Positions 19,186-30,253 are shown, counted from the whole stretch's first letter. The stretch is 63,855 bases of DNA, filler included, from GCA_964501035.1; 4 parts of 4 records of this genome joined end to end with filler, not necessarily neighbours in it, one strand, 5' to 3'. Program-made: numbers and translations. The notes: a model not told the origin generated them from the sequence alone.

Positions 19186-19623
19186 AACCAGTTTAAAACA
19201 GTTATAAGAAATGTGTTGAAAATATCTATAGAAAACAAATGGTTAGATGTTCAACAATTTCAACCATATTCCATTATGATTCCGATACCTTTACATCACG
19301 TTAAACAAAGAGAACGGGGATTCAATCAAGCACTTGTTATTGCTCAAGAATTGTTTAGATTTATACCAATTCCCATTCATACTAAAAAAATCAAAAGAGT
19401 ACTCTGGACAAATAGCCAAACCAAATTGAATATCACAGAAAGAAGGGCGAATGTTCACAATGCATTTTACAGCGATTCAAAATTTATAGATGAAAATATT
19501 TTACTTATTGATGATGTATTAACAACTGGAGCTACATCTAGTGCATGTGCTTATACCTTAAAACAAAATGGGGTAAACAATATTGGAATATTTACTCTAG
19601 CAACGTCAAAACTAGACAGTTAA
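19186..19623 (+). CDS. comF: ComF family phosphoribosyltransferase-like protein (5' truncated)
   Basis: PIPLH..KQRERGFNQA, LLIDDVLTTGAT. Confidence 0.88.
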   Translation, partial: NQFKTVIRNVLKISIENKWLDVQQFQPYSIMIPIPLHHVKQRERGFNQALVIAQELFRFIPIPIHTKKIKRVLWTNSQTKLNITERRANVHNAFYSDSKFIDENILLIDDVLTTGATSSACAYTLKQNGVNNIGIFTLATSKLDS

Positions 19624-19704
19624 AATATTAATTTCCACTTAGAATAATTGGTTTATCCTATTTTAGATAAGTTGTAAATTACTTGGCTTAATGGAAACCC
19701 AATT

Positions 19705-20886
19705 ATGAAAAATTTGACAGATTTAGATTTACAAGGACAACGGGTACTTATTCGAGTGGATTACAATGTTCCATTAGAAGATGGAGAAGTTGTAAATGAT
19801 TTTCGAATTCAATCCAGTTTACCTACTATAAAATATTGCATTGAAAATGGTGCTTCAGTCGTGTTGATGTCTCATCTTGGCAGACCAAAGGGAAAAATTA
19901 TTGAAAGCATGTCATTAAGCCCAGTTGCATTTCATTTAGAAGAACTCCTCAAAACCGAAGTAATGTTTTCAGATGATTGCATATCTGATGAGGCAATTAG
20001 TTTATCTAAAAGTATGAAAAAGGGCGAAGTTCATCTGTTAGAGAACTTAAGATTTTATGAAGGTGAAACCAAGAATGTAGATATATTTGCAAAAAAATTA
20101 GCCCAACATGCTGATATTTTTATTAATGATGCTTTCGGTACAGCACATAGAGCACATGCGTCTAATGTTGGTGTTGTTTCATTTATGAAAGAGACTGCAA
20201 TTGGATTTTTAATGCAAAAAGAATGGAAGTATTTATCAGAATCATTAAAAACTCCAAATAAACCCTATGCTGTAATTATGGGAGGTGCGAAAATTTCTGG
20301 CAAAATTGAGTTAATAGAACAATTTATTGATTCAGCTGATTTTATCCTGATAGGTGGAGCAATGGCATTTACATTTTTAAAGGCCCAAGGGAAAAATGTT
20401 GGAGGATCATTGGTTGATGATGAAAATATCAAGATTGCTACTTCATTACTTGAAGAAGCTAAGTCAAAAAATGTTCAAATAATATTGCCATGTGATGTAG
20501 TAGCTTCTCCGGAACTGGATGAAGCTTCTCCTTGGAGAGTTGCCACCATAGATGAGTTAGATGATGACGAAATGGGTTTCGATATTGGACCCGAAACGTG
20601 CATGAATTATTCAATGATTTTAGATACAGCGCAGACAGTAGTATGGAATGGTCCAATGGGAGTGTTTGAAATTCCAGCTTTTGCAACAGGCACGCAAGAA
20701 ATTGCATCAACATTGCAATTTATGAATGAAGATGGTCATATTACCATCATTGGTGGTGGTGATACTGCTACGGCATTAGAAAGTTGTGGAATGAATGAAG
20801 GATTTTCACATATTTCTACGGGTGGAGGGGCATCTCTTGAGTTATTAAGCGGGAAACAACTTCCTGCATTTGAGGTATTGAAATGA
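19705..20886 (+). CDS. pgk: Phosphoglycerate kinase
   Basis: RVDYNVP, SHLGRP, NDAFGTAHR, STGGGASL. Confidence 0.97.
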   Translation: MKNLTDLDLQGQRVLIRVDYNVPLEDGEVVNDFRIQSSLPTIKYCIENGASVVLMSHLGRPKGKIIESMSLSPVAFHLEELLKTEVMFSDDCISDEAISLSKSMKKGEVHLLENLRFYEGETKNVDIFAKKLAQHADIFINDAFGTAHRAHASNVGVVSFMKETAIGFLMQKEWKYLSESLKTPNKPYAVIMGGAKISGKIELIEQFIDSADFILIGGAMAFTFLKAQGKNVGGSLVDDENIKIATSLLEEAKSKNVQIILPCDVVASPELDEASPWRVATIDELDDDEMGFDIGPETCMNYSMILDTAQTVVWNGPMGVFEIPAFATGTQEIASTLQFMNEDGHITIIGGGDTATALESCGMNEGFSHISTGGGASLELLSGKQLPAFEVLK

Positions 20887-21635
20887 GTAAAGATAGAATA
20901 CAATATTGTATTGCAAACTGGAAGATGTGTGTAAATAATTCTGACGGAATTTCATTTGTAAATCAGTTTAAACAAATTAACCATACAAGTCATGCTAAAG
21001 TTATCATTTGTCCATCATATACATTGCTAGATTCTGTAAGTAAAAACTTTCAAAACACACGTTTTAGTTGTGGAGCTCAGGATGTTTACTTTGAGGAAAC
21101 TGGTGCCTTCACTGGAAAAATTTCTGTTAGCATGTTAACAGATATTGGCGTTGAATATTGTATATTAGGGCATTCTGAAAGACGGCATGTCTTTGGTGAA
21201 ACTAATCAAGTAATACATCAAAAAATTAATGCTATTATGAATTCATCAATTATTCCTATTTTATGCATTGGTGAAACTCAAGAAGAACGAGAATCTGAGA
21301 ACACCAAAAAAGTGCTGGAAGAACAATTAGTTTCAGCATTTTTAAATTTAGATTTACCACAAGAACAAAAGATTATTATTGCTTATGAACCTGTTTGGGC
21401 AATTGGTACTGGAAAGGTAGCAACCCCCGAAATGGTTTCTGAGACCCATCTTTTAGTTCGAAACATAATTAATGATATTGGGTTTAATGCAAATAAGATT
21501 TCTATTTTATATGGTGGCAGTGTTAAGCCAGAAAATGCTAGTCAATTAGCTGACATTGAAAATGTCGATGGGTTTTTAATTGGAGGAGCATCATTGAATG
21601 TGGATAGTTTTAGTAAAATATTAGATAAGTTATAA
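20883..21635 (+). CDS. tpiA: Triosephosphate isomerase
   Basis: ANWKM, GHSERR, AYEPVWAIGTG, LIGGASL. Confidence 0.97.
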   Translation: MSKDRIQYCIANWKMCVNNSDGISFVNQFKQINHTSHAKVIICPSYTLLDSVSKNFQNTRFSCGAQDVYFEETGAFTGKISVSMLTDIGVEYCILGHSERRHVFGETNQVIHQKINAIMNSSIIPILCIGETQEERESENTKKVLEEQLVSAFLNLDLPQEQKIIIAYEPVWAIGTGKVATPEMVSETHLLVRNIINDIGFNANKISILYGGSVKPENASQLADIENVDGFLIGGASLNVDSFSKILDKL

Positions 21636-21647
21636 GGAGTTAGAATC

Positions 21648-22019
21648 GTGTTATACGGAGTTGCAATATTTATTTTTGTTTTAGTGTGTTTGATGTTAGT
21701 TGGTATAATCTTACTACAATCAAGCCAAACAGGTGGAATGGGAACAGCTATGGGTGGAAACGCAATGCATGCTGCTTTTGGTGGGCAAGGTGCTGATAAA
21801 TTGCTGTTAAGAATCACATCAGGTTTAGCTGTTGCATTTATGTTTTTAGCTATTTCTATAAATATGTTGGATAATCCAGCTTCTACTTACAAGTATTCGA
21901 ATGAATCAACTTTGAGTAGAAATAAAGGAAATACTGAATTAGTAGTACCTACAGATGTTTTGCCAGCAGCGGAAGACGTAGCTGCACCTGTTGAAGAAAC
22001 TAAAACAGATACAGAATAA
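21648..22019 (+). CDS. secG: Preprotein translocase SecG
   Basis: Two TM segments, ILLQ..GG; tpiA-secG-tRNA-Leu synteny. Confidence 0.9.
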   Translation: MLYGVAIFIFVLVCLMLVGIILLQSSQTGGMGTAMGGNAMHAAFGGQGADKLLLRITSGLAVAFMFLAISINMLDNPASTYKYSNESTLSRNKGNTELVVPTDVLPAAEDVAAPVEETKTDTE

Positions 22020-22037
22020 TAATTAAACATCACTTCT

Positions 22038-22121
22038 GCTGAAGTGGTGGAATTGGTAGACACGCTGTCTTGAGGGGGCAGTGAGAGCAATCTCGTGCGG
22101 GTTCAAGTCCCGCCTTCAGCA
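22038..22121 (+). tRNA. tRNA-Leu(GAG)
   Basis: GCTGAAG/CTTCAGC acceptor, CTGTC-TTGAGGG-GGCAG anticodon arm, long variable arm, GGTTCAAGTCC; CCA not encoded. Confidence 0.95.
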
Positions 22122-22137
22122 CTCAAAAAGGGATTAT

Positions 22138-23418
22138 ATGAATAAGATAAAATTAATATTACTAATTGTTACCTTCAGTTTAGGCTTTTCATCAGACATC
22201 AGTAAAATTGAAGAATTTCTGAATACAGGCGAATTTTTACAAGGTTTCAATTTTGTAGAAAGTATAATAGCTCAGGAAACTGAAGATGCAAATGTGTATA
22301 TTTTCGGAGCAAAACTAGCGTTGCATTTAGATAATTTAGATAAAGCAAATGAGTTTTATAATACAGCGATTGAACTTGATCCGAAAAATGAAGAATATAG
22401 AAGTTTATGGAATACATTAAACGAGTATAAAACTGCACTCAAAAATGCTAAAAAAACCTATGATAGCGGATACGTTGATGAAAGCATTAGTGAATATGAA
22501 AAAATTATTTTAGACTATCCATCATATGCTTTGGCTTACTATACTCTTGGTTTAGTGTATAAACAATTAGAAAACTATGACCTAGCAGTTGAAAACTATA
22601 AAAAAGCACGAGATATCAACAAGTTTGAAGAAAAGTATTCTAATGCTGTCAAGGCTATTTCTCAAACAATGATTCAAAATGGAGATACGGAGTACAGAAG
22701 AAAAGAATATTATATTGCAATCGAGTTTTATCAACGTGCGATTTCATATTTACCAAACTATACGGATGCTATTTTTAGGTTAGCAAAAACTCTATATCGA
22801 ATTGGTGATTATGAGAATTCTAAAATACAACTCGAAAAAAATATCGAATTAGATAGCTCTCATTTCCAAGCTTTGAAAATGATGGGTGATGTGTTTAAGA
22901 AGCAAGGAAATAGAGATGGTTCTATCGAATGGTATAAAAAGGCGATTGAAGCTAATTCTAATTACGATAGGGCGCATTACTCATTAGGTTCAGCACTACT
23001 GTCCAAGGGTGATTTAGAAGGTGCACTAAATTCTCTGCAACAAGCTGTTTTATCTAATCCTGAATATTTTAAGGCGTATGAGACCCTTGGTGTTGTTTAC
23101 ATTCAATTGAACAATAATGATTTAGCAGTTGAAAATTTTATTCAAGCAACCACATTGGATAAAAGAGCTTATAGTGCTTTTTATAGGTTATCTAATGTGT
23201 ATAATCTTTTAGGGAAATATGATGAAGCAAAAGCTGCTGCAAAATCATGTATTAAGATTAAAAGTAACTATGCTGCTGCCTATTTTGAATTAGGTATTGC
23301 TGAAAAAGCACTCGGTAATAAAGTGGCTGCTTTAGCTTCATTTGAAAAGGCAACAAAAGACAAAAATTGGAGAAAATCTGCAAAGTTTGAAATTGATATG
23401 ATTAATCGAGGACTTTAA
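22138..23418 (+). CDS. Exported tetratricopeptide-repeat protein
   Basis: ATG 22138 then signal peptide; many TPRs (AYYTLG..Y..L..YD.A...Y). Confidence 0.85.
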   Translation: MNKIKLILLIVTFSLGFSSDISKIEEFLNTGEFLQGFNFVESIIAQETEDANVYIFGAKLALHLDNLDKANEFYNTAIELDPKNEEYRSLWNTLNEYKTALKNAKKTYDSGYVDESISEYEKIILDYPSYALAYYTLGLVYKQLENYDLAVENYKKARDINKFEEKYSNAVKAISQTMIQNGDTEYRRKEYYIAIEFYQRAISYLPNYTDAIFRLAKTLYRIGDYENSKIQLEKNIELDSSHFQALKMMGDVFKKQGNRDGSIEWYKKAIEANSNYDRAHYSLGSALLSKGDLEGALNSLQQAVLSNPEYFKAYETLGVVYIQLNNNDLAVENFIQATTLDKRAYSAFYRLSNVYNLLGKYDEAKAAAKSCIKIKSNYAAAYFELGIAEKALGNKVAALASFEKATKDKNWRKSAKFEIDMINRGL

Positions 23419-23435
23419 ACCAAATAATTTTAAAC

Positions 23436-23467
23436 AAAAAAAAGGGCAAAGTGATTTGCCCTTTTTT
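23436..23467. terminator. Rho-independent terminator
   Basis: AAAAAAGGGCAAA-GTGA-TTTGCCCTTTTTT. Confidence 0.85.
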
Positions 23468-23481
23468 ATTTATTTTATGAT

Positions 23482-24162
23482 ATGATAAAAGCTGTTATAT
23501 TTGACTTAGATAATACTCTTATGGATTTTATGAAAATGAAATCCATGGCAGTTGATGCCGCTATATATGGAATGATTGAAGCCGGTTTAGATATTGATCC
23601 CATCGCTTCCAGACAAGAAATTTACTCTATTTATGATGACAAAGGCTACGAACATCAAGAAGTTTTAAATGAGTTTATTCTTGATAAAATGGGATACATA
23701 AATTATAAAATTCTAGCATCTGGAATTGTTGCCTATAAAAAAGCAAAAGAGGCATCTTTGATTTTGTATCCGAATGTTGCTAGTACATTAATTGTTTTAT
23801 CCAAAATGGGGCTCAAACTTGCTGTAGTTTCTGATGCACCAAGTAGAGAAGCGTGGATTAGAATTTGCTCTGTAAACTTGCATCATCAATTTGATGCTGT
23901 CGTAACATTTGATGATACTGGATTTCATAAACCTTCACCAGAACCTTTCAAAAAAATAATTGAATTGTTAGATATTAAACCTATGGATGCACTTATGGTT
24001 GGTGATTGGCCAGAACGTGATGTGATAGGGGCAAAAGAAATGGGTATGCAAACAGCTTTTGCAAAATATGGTGATACGTTTGGAACCCAAAATTCAGGTG
24101 CAGATTTTGATTTACTTGATATAAAAGAGCTAGTTGGAATTATTCAAAATGCGAATAAGTAA
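23482..24162 (+). CDS. HAD-superfamily hydrolase
   Basis: FDLDNTL, KPSPEPF, MVGD..ERD..GA. Confidence 0.88.
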   Translation: MIKAVIFDLDNTLMDFMKMKSMAVDAAIYGMIEAGLDIDPIASRQEIYSIYDDKGYEHQEVLNEFILDKMGYINYKILASGIVAYKKAKEASLILYPNVASTLIVLSKMGLKLAVVSDAPSREAWIRICSVNLHHQFDAVVTFDDTGFHKPSPEPFKKIIELLDIKPMDALMVGDWPERDVIGAKEMGMQTAFAKYGDTFGTQNSGADFDLLDIKELVGIIQNANK

Positions 24163-24527
24163 TGATATATCTTGGAACTGATATTGTTGAAGTAAATCGT
24201 ATTGAAAAACTAATTACTTCTAAAGGTGACGCTTTTTTAAAGCATGTATATACGTATAATGAAATAGAATATTGTTCTCAAAAACAACATCCTTTTATTC
24301 ACTATGCTGGAAAGTTTGCTGGAAAAGAAGCTGTAAAGAAAGCCATATTGTCGTCCAAGATTATTGACACAATACCCTTAAAACAAATTTCAATTTTAAA
24401 CAATAATATTGGTGCCCCGTTTGTGAAATTTGAAAATAATACATTAAGTAAATTTAGAATTGAAATTTCAGTGTCACATACCGAACAATATGCTACAGCA
24501 ACTGCAATCATTGAGTTAAATGCATGA
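24162..24527 (+). CDS. acpS: Holo-ACP synthase
   Basis: GTDIVE, FAGKEAVKKA, SVSH. Confidence 0.92.
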   Translation: MIYLGTDIVEVNRIEKLITSKGDAFLKHVYTYNEIEYCSQKQHPFIHYAGKFAGKEAVKKAILSSKIIDTIPLKQISILNNNIGAPFVKFENNTLSKFRIEISVSHTEQYATATAIIELNA

Positions 24528-26029
24528 TCCCTATTTTATCTAAATCTGCTGCACAAAAGTTAGATACAAAATGTATTGAAACAAATTATATTTCTGAAAA
24601 ACAACTGATGGAAAATGCAGGACAAAGCATTGCTGAATTTGTTTTAGAGTATGTGTCACATCCATTTGATAAAAAAATATTAATTGTAGCAGGAAAGGGG
24701 AATAATGGTGGTGATGGAGTTATTGCACATAATTATCTTTTAAAATATGGTGTTGACTCTACATTATTGTTAGCCAATGGCAATATTGAAACACTTAAAA
24801 AAATTGATCAATATCAAATACATCCCTCAACAGTAATAATAGACTCATCACATTTAGATTTTACTCAGTACTCAATTGCAATTGATGGTCTCTTTGGTAT
24901 TGGATTATCACGTGAAGTATCTGGTAATAATAAGGAGTTGATTCAATCTATTAATCAAGTTGACTTTATTGTTTCCATTGATATTCCATCTGGGATTAAT
25001 TGTGATACTGGACAAGAATGTGGAGTTTCTGTTGAAGCTGATGTTACATTAACAATGGGGTACCCTAATTTAGGTCATGTATTAAACATTGGTAAAAACA
25101 ATACTGGTGAGTTGTTTGTTTTAGATATTGGATTTAATAAAGAATTTGTGGATGACTCACATACTTTAATCACGGATTCTTACATTGAGAATACATTAAA
25201 TACAGTACGTTTTGATGATCATAAATACTCAAGAGGTAAACTATCATTAGTTTGTGGTTCAGTTGGCTTAACAGGAGCTTCAATTTTGGCAAGTAATGCA
25301 AGCTTGAGAACTGGTACAGGAATTTCAAAATTAATTATTCCAACTAGCATAAACTCAATAATAGAAACTTCATTAATTGAGACTATAACCATTCCAATTG
25401 AAAGCGAATTTGGATTCTTAGATAAAGCAGATAATTCATTAATCTCCGATGCTTTAAAATGGGGCGACTGTTTACTATTGGGTCCAGGGCTTTCTACTCA
25501 ACCAGATGCAGTAAATTGCACAAAAGATATATTAGAAAACTTTGATGGAAATTTGGTCCTAGACGCATCAGGTTTCCAACCCTTGATTGAAAATCAAATG
25601 ACAATATCAGATTTACCTGAAAAAACCATTTTAACACCTCATGTAGGTGAGTTTTGTAAAATATTTGACTTAAACAAAAATGATGTATTGAAAAATACTA
25701 TTAAACATGTGAAAAGTTTAATCAAACAGTTAAATGGACGGGTGCTAGTTTTAAAAGGTAACTCAACTATTATTGTTTCCTCTAAGGGGTCTATCCATAT
25801 TGTTTCAAATGGAAATTCACTGCTTGCAACTGCAGGGACTGGTGATGTTTTATCTGGTATGATTGCAAGCTTTGTATCGCAAGGATACTCATTGAATCAA
25901 TCTGCTATTTTAGGACCATATCTACATGCTGAAATTTCAAATATTTATGCTGAAAATGTATCAAATCATGGCCTATTAGCAAGCGATATGATAGATTTTA
26001 TTCCAACTATTTTAGGAAAATATAATTGA
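24524..26029 (+). CDS. nnr: Bifunctional NAD(P)HX epimerase/dehydratase
   Basis: LMENAG, GKGNNGGDG, DIPSG, LTPH.GE, TAGTGDVLSG. Confidence 0.92.
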   Translation: MIPILSKSAAQKLDTKCIETNYISEKQLMENAGQSIAEFVLEYVSHPFDKKILIVAGKGNNGGDGVIAHNYLLKYGVDSTLLLANGNIETLKKIDQYQIHPSTVIIDSSHLDFTQYSIAIDGLFGIGLSREVSGNNKELIQSINQVDFIVSIDIPSGINCDTGQECGVSVEADVTLTMGYPNLGHVLNIGKNNTGELFVLDIGFNKEFVDDSHTLITDSYIENTLNTVRFDDHKYSRGKLSLVCGSVGLTGASILASNASLRTGTGISKLIIPTSINSIIETSLIETITIPIESEFGFLDKADNSLISDALKWGDCLLLGPGLSTQPDAVNCTKDILENFDGNLVLDASGFQPLIENQMTISDLPEKTILTPHVGEFCKIFDLNKNDVLKNTIKHVKSLIKQLNGRVLVLKGNSTIIVSSKGSIHIVSNGNSLLATAGTGDVLSGMIASFVSQGYSLNQSAILGPYLHAEISNIYAENVSNHGLLASDMIDFIPTILGKYN

Positions 26030-26376
26030 AACTCAATTCATATAAAACATGGTTGTTCATTCTATATGTTTTGCTTATAATATTGATTTCTAGCATTCCA
26101 GGTAATAAGTTGAATTTTATTAATTCACTTTGGAGATATGATAAATTAATCCACTTTGTAGAATACTTTTTTTTAGGTTTTCTCATGATAAATGCAATTA
26201 AAATAGACACTATTTCAAAACGTGAATGGACGTATTCATTAATATTTTTGTTTTTTTTCCCTATTGTAGATGAAATATTTCAACACTTCACTCCTCAAAG
26301 AATCCCAAGTATTTATGATGCATTTGCTGATGTTTCTGGTGGATTGATTGGAGCATTTTTACGGAGTAAAATTTAA
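26026..26376 (+). CDS. VanZ family membrane protein
   Basis: DKLIHFVEY, DEIFQHFTPQR, D.FAD..G. Confidence 0.8.
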   Translation: MKLNSYKTWLFILYVLLIILISSIPGNKLNFINSLWRYDKLIHFVEYFFLGFLMINAIKIDTISKREWTYSLIFLFFFPIVDEIFQHFTPQRIPSIYDAFADVSGGLIGAFLRSKI

Positions 26377-27998
26377 TGCTTCAAAAGTTAACTGTTAATA
26401 ATATTGCAATTATTCAAAATATTTCCATAGAATTTCAAAAAGGGTTAAATATTATAACGGGTGAAACAGGTGCTGGAAAAACAGTTTTAATCAATGCAAT
26501 TAAATATTTACTGGGTGCTCGATTTAACAAAGATTCCATTAGAACCGGTGAGTCTAGAGCATTTGTTGAAGGGGTTTTTGTTAAAGATGAACAAACGTAT
26601 TTTGTAAGAAGAGTATTTGATAAGAATGCTTCATCTCGGTCTTTTATAAATGATTCACCAGTTTCACTATCTGAAATGAACCACGTTATTGGATCATTTG
26701 TAGATATGCATGGGCAACACGATCAACAGTTTCTATTAGATTCAAATAATCATTTACAGTACCTAGATTCATTCAGTGACAATGAGCAGTTACGACAAAA
26801 TTTTCAAAAATCTTTTACCCACGTTAAGTCACTCAAAAACAACTTAGATTCTATTAGATTAGATGCTAGCGAATTGAAAGAAAAAGAGGAATTGTTTCGT
26901 TTTCAACTACAAGAGCTAGAATTGATTGATTTACATGAAAATATTGATGTTACTTTAACACAAGAATATGAACAGCAAGTTAATGCTACGGAAATTCTTC
27001 ATATGTTATCAAGTATTGAGAATGATTTTTTAAATAATGAAAATTCTATAATTTCTCAAATTGCAAGCAATCAAAGATCTCTTGATAAGTTTGCGTCTAC
27101 TCAACCAAATCTTCATTCTATATCTGAAAGATTACATTCTGTTCAGATAGAAATAGAAGATATAGTAAATGATGCTTCATCTTTAAAAGGTTCAGTTCAA
27201 TTTAACTCTGAAAAACTTGATGAAATAAGTGAAAAACTATCTCATATTGAAATGCTTAAACGGAAGTATGGTGGCTCAATGAAAACAGTGATAGAAAGGA
27301 AGAACTATATAGCTAATTCATTGTCAAAAATGGGGTCGTGTAATGAAGATTTATCTCGTCTTGAAAAACAATATGAGATTGCCAAAATACAAATGACAAA
27401 TGATGCGAAATTACTTTCTAAACATCGAAAAAAAATAGCTAAAAATTTAGAAAATACAGTAGAATCATATTTAAAAGAAGTAGATATGTTACAATCAAAC
27501 TTCAAAATTGAATTTTCTAAAAACACTGCAGAAATAATTACTGAAACTGGATTAGATGAATGCGAGTTTTATATTTCTACCAATATGGGAGAAAGTTTAA
27601 AACCACTTGTGAAGATTGCGTCGGGTGGGGAAGTGTCTAGATTTATGCTAGCGATCAAAATGGCTATGCAAGAAAAAGATACGATTGATACATTGGTATT
27701 TGATGAAATTGACACAGGCATTTCTGGTGTTACTGCTGAAAAAGTAGGTAAGGTCATTTTAAATCTTGGAAATAGTCATCAAATAATTTGTATTTCACAT
27801 TTACCACAAATTGCTTCAAAGGGGTTGCACCATGTAAAAGTGTACAAATCTGAACAAAATGGAAGAACTTCAGCATATGTAAAAAAATTACTCAATGATG
27901 AAAGATTGGAAGAACTTGCCTCTTTAATTAGTGGTGAGGAAATAACTAAAACTAGCTTACAACAAGCTAAATTTATGATTAAAGGAAACAATGGATAA
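26376..27998 (+). CDS. recN: DNA repair protein RecN
   Basis: TGETGAGKT, HGQHD, ASGGEVSR, FDEIDTG, SHLPQ. Confidence 0.95.
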   Translation: MLQKLTVNNIAIIQNISIEFQKGLNIITGETGAGKTVLINAIKYLLGARFNKDSIRTGESRAFVEGVFVKDEQTYFVRRVFDKNASSRSFINDSPVSLSEMNHVIGSFVDMHGQHDQQFLLDSNNHLQYLDSFSDNEQLRQNFQKSFTHVKSLKNNLDSIRLDASELKEKEELFRFQLQELELIDLHENIDVTLTQEYEQQVNATEILHMLSSIENDFLNNENSIISQIASNQRSLDKFASTQPNLHSISERLHSVQIEIEDIVNDASSLKGSVQFNSEKLDEISEKLSHIEMLKRKYGGSMKTVIERKNYIANSLSKMGSCNEDLSRLEKQYEIAKIQMTNDAKLLSKHRKKIAKNLENTVESYLKEVDMLQSNFKIEFSKNTAEIITETGLDECEFYISTNMGESLKPLVKIASGGEVSRFMLAIKMAMQEKDTIDTLVFDEIDTGISGVTAEKVGKVILNLGNSHQIICISHLPQIASKGLHHVKVYKSEQNGRTSAYVKKLLNDERLEELASLISGEEITKTSLQQAKFMIKGNNG

Positions 27999-29244
27999 AA
28001 TCATTATAAATGGTGGAAAACCTTTGCAGGGTGATGTGTATATCAGTGGTGCTAAAAATGCAGTACTTCCAATAATAACTGCATGTATAATTGCACCTGG
28101 TAAATATACATTAAATAATGTGCCAAATTTACGTGATACTCGAACAATGTGTAAATTGATGGAAATGGTCGGAGCAACTATACATTTTGATAACAATACT
28201 CTACAAATAGATACAACACATTGTGATACACCTGAAGCTCCTTATGAATTGGTTAAAACAATGAGAGCTTCATTTTATGTGTTAGGACCATTTATGAGTA
28301 GATTCAATTATGCAAAAGTATCTTTACCTGGTGGGTGTGCATGGGGACCAAGACCTGTTGATTTTCATTTAAAAGCATTGGAATCTTTAGGTGCAACCGT
28401 TGAACTAAATCATGGAAATATAATCACACAGGGAAAGCTTACAGGAGGTGATATAATTTTTAATAAGAAAAGTGTAGGTGCAACGGGAAATTCATTAATG
28501 GCAGCTGTTGGCGCTGAAGGGACTACTCATATAGTCAATGCTGCATGTGAACCAGATATTGCTTCTTTAACGGAATTTCTTATTACAATGGGCGCTTCTA
28601 TAGATGGAGTAGGTGAAACTGATATTACAATTCACGGAAACAAACCTCTAAGCGCAGGTTTCGAGTTTGATATTATTCCAGATAGGATTGAAGCTGGTAC
28701 GTTTATGATTGCAACCGCTTTGACAAGAGGTGAAGTTACACTCCATAATGTTAATCCCAATCATTTAAAATTTGTAACGAATTGTTTGAGAGAAACGGGA
28801 TCAACTATCATTACAGAGAAAGATACCATTTATGTTAAAGGGAGTGGAGAAATTAAACCGTTTAACATCACTACAGAAGAATATCCTGGATTTCCAACGG
28901 ATTTACAAGCTCAGTGGATTGCATTGATGACTTTAGCAAATGGAAATTCAAAAATAATTGATAATATTTATACAGATAGATTTACACATGTACCAGAACT
29001 AAATAGATTTGGAGCAAATATTAACTTAAATCAAAATATTGCATCTGTTATGGGTGTACCCAAGCTAAATGCTGCTCCGGTAATGTCAACTGACATCCGA
29101 GCAAGTGCTTCACTAATACTAGGTGCATTAGCTGCAGATGGAGAAAGTCAAATTTCTAGAATTTATCATATAGATAGAGGGTATGAAAACATTGAAAAAA
29201 AGTTTAGTAATTTGGGCGCAGATATAAAAAGAGTGTCAGAATAA
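27991..29244 (+). CDS. murA: UDP-GlcNAc 1-carboxyvinyltransferase
   Basis: SGAKNA, LPGGCAWGPRP, PDRIEAGT, PGFPTDLQ. Confidence 0.96.
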   Translation: MDKIIINGGKPLQGDVYISGAKNAVLPIITACIIAPGKYTLNNVPNLRDTRTMCKLMEMVGATIHFDNNTLQIDTTHCDTPEAPYELVKTMRASFYVLGPFMSRFNYAKVSLPGGCAWGPRPVDFHLKALESLGATVELNHGNIITQGKLTGGDIIFNKKSVGATGNSLMAAVGAEGTTHIVNAACEPDIASLTEFLITMGASIDGVGETDITIHGNKPLSAGFEFDIIPDRIEAGTFMIATALTRGEVTLHNVNPNHLKFVTNCLRETGSTIITEKDTIYVKGSGEIKPFNITTEEYPGFPTDLQAQWIALMTLANGNSKIIDNIYTDRFTHVPELNRFGANINLNQNIASVMGVPKLNAAPVMSTDIRASASLILGALAADGESQISRIYHIDRGYENIEKKFSNLGADIKRVSE

Positions 29245-29373
29245 GCAATATTTAGGAACATAAACTGTAATATATTGTTACAAATATATTGTGGAATTTT
29301 GTTTGTATTAATGAAAAATACATTTTAAGTTATCACAGGAAAAGTAACCTAATAAATCAAAGGAGTGGTAGAA

Positions 29374-30120
29374 ATGAAAAGAACAACCTTAATAGTATTA
29401 ACAATAGTAGCTTTATCTTTCACTTTTGGTGGACAAGCTAATTTATCTTTAAATACGGCAAATTTGTCAGCAACTGGTTCTGATGTTGTAAGTTTAGCAA
29501 TTGACTCAGATTCTGACGTATTTGGTATTCAGTTTGATGTGAAATACGATGCAAATGCACTTCAACTTACAGAAAATGCAATTTCTTCTACAGTTACCGG
29601 TGTAAATGTATATAGTAAAATTAAAGAAGACGGTCATGCTCGAGTTGTAATGTTTAGTCTTCAAGGCGATAAAATTATTGATATTAATTCTGGAAATATA
29701 GCTAACATCGTAGAGTTTCAGTTTGAATCAGTTGATAATTTTATTGGCACAAGTTCGGTTGAATTAAAAGATATTACTGTAGCTGGAGAACATGGTGAAG
29801 AATTGACTGTTTTATCTTCTTCTTTTGATGTAGATATGTCAGGTGCTTCAACACCAGTTAAAACTGAATTAAAAGGTAACTTTCCAAACCCTTTTAACCC
29901 TACAACACAAATTAACTTCAATTTAAGTCAAAGTGGCGAAGTTTCATTAGTTATTTATGATATAATGGGAAGAGAAGTAGAAACTCTTGTAAATGGTTTC
30001 ATGGATGCTAAATCATATGATATTACTTGGGATGCTTCAAATGTAGCAAGTGGACGATATCTTGCCAAATTAACTGCTCCAGGTTATTCTGATACAATTA
30101 CTATGACATTGCTTAAATAG
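29374..30120 (+). CDS. Secreted cohesin-like domain protein with C-terminal sorting domain
   Basis: Signal peptide; beta-rich domain with VFGIQFDVKYD; NFPNPFNPTTQI...ASGRYLAKL...MTLLK. Confidence 0.7.
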   Translation: MKRTTLIVLTIVALSFTFGGQANLSLNTANLSATGSDVVSLAIDSDSDVFGIQFDVKYDANALQLTENAISSTVTGVNVYSKIKEDGHARVVMFSLQGDKIIDINSGNIANIVEFQFESVDNFIGTSSVELKDITVAGEHGEELTVLSSSFDVDMSGASTPVKTELKGNFPNPFNPTTQINFNLSQSGEVSLVIYDIMGREVETLVNGFMDAKSYDITWDASNVASGRYLAKLTAPGYSDTITMTLLK

Positions 30121-30141
30121 TTTTTTTTAATAGGTTGTTTT

Positions 30142-30172
30142 AAAGCCCTTGATTATTCAAGGGCTTTTTTTT
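30142..30172 (+). terminator. Rho-independent terminator
   Basis: AAAGCCCTTGA-TTAT-TCAAGGGCTTTTTTTT. Confidence 0.85.
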
Positions 30173-30253
30173 ACACAAAATGTATTTGAATTCAATCATA
30201 ATGACCTGTAATATTGATAATTATCTCATAGATATTTTAGGAAGTTTAAAATA

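Noticed and set aside
22081..22137. N-terminal extension of the TPR ORF
   Set aside because: Overlaps tRNA-Leu; the real start is ATG 22138.
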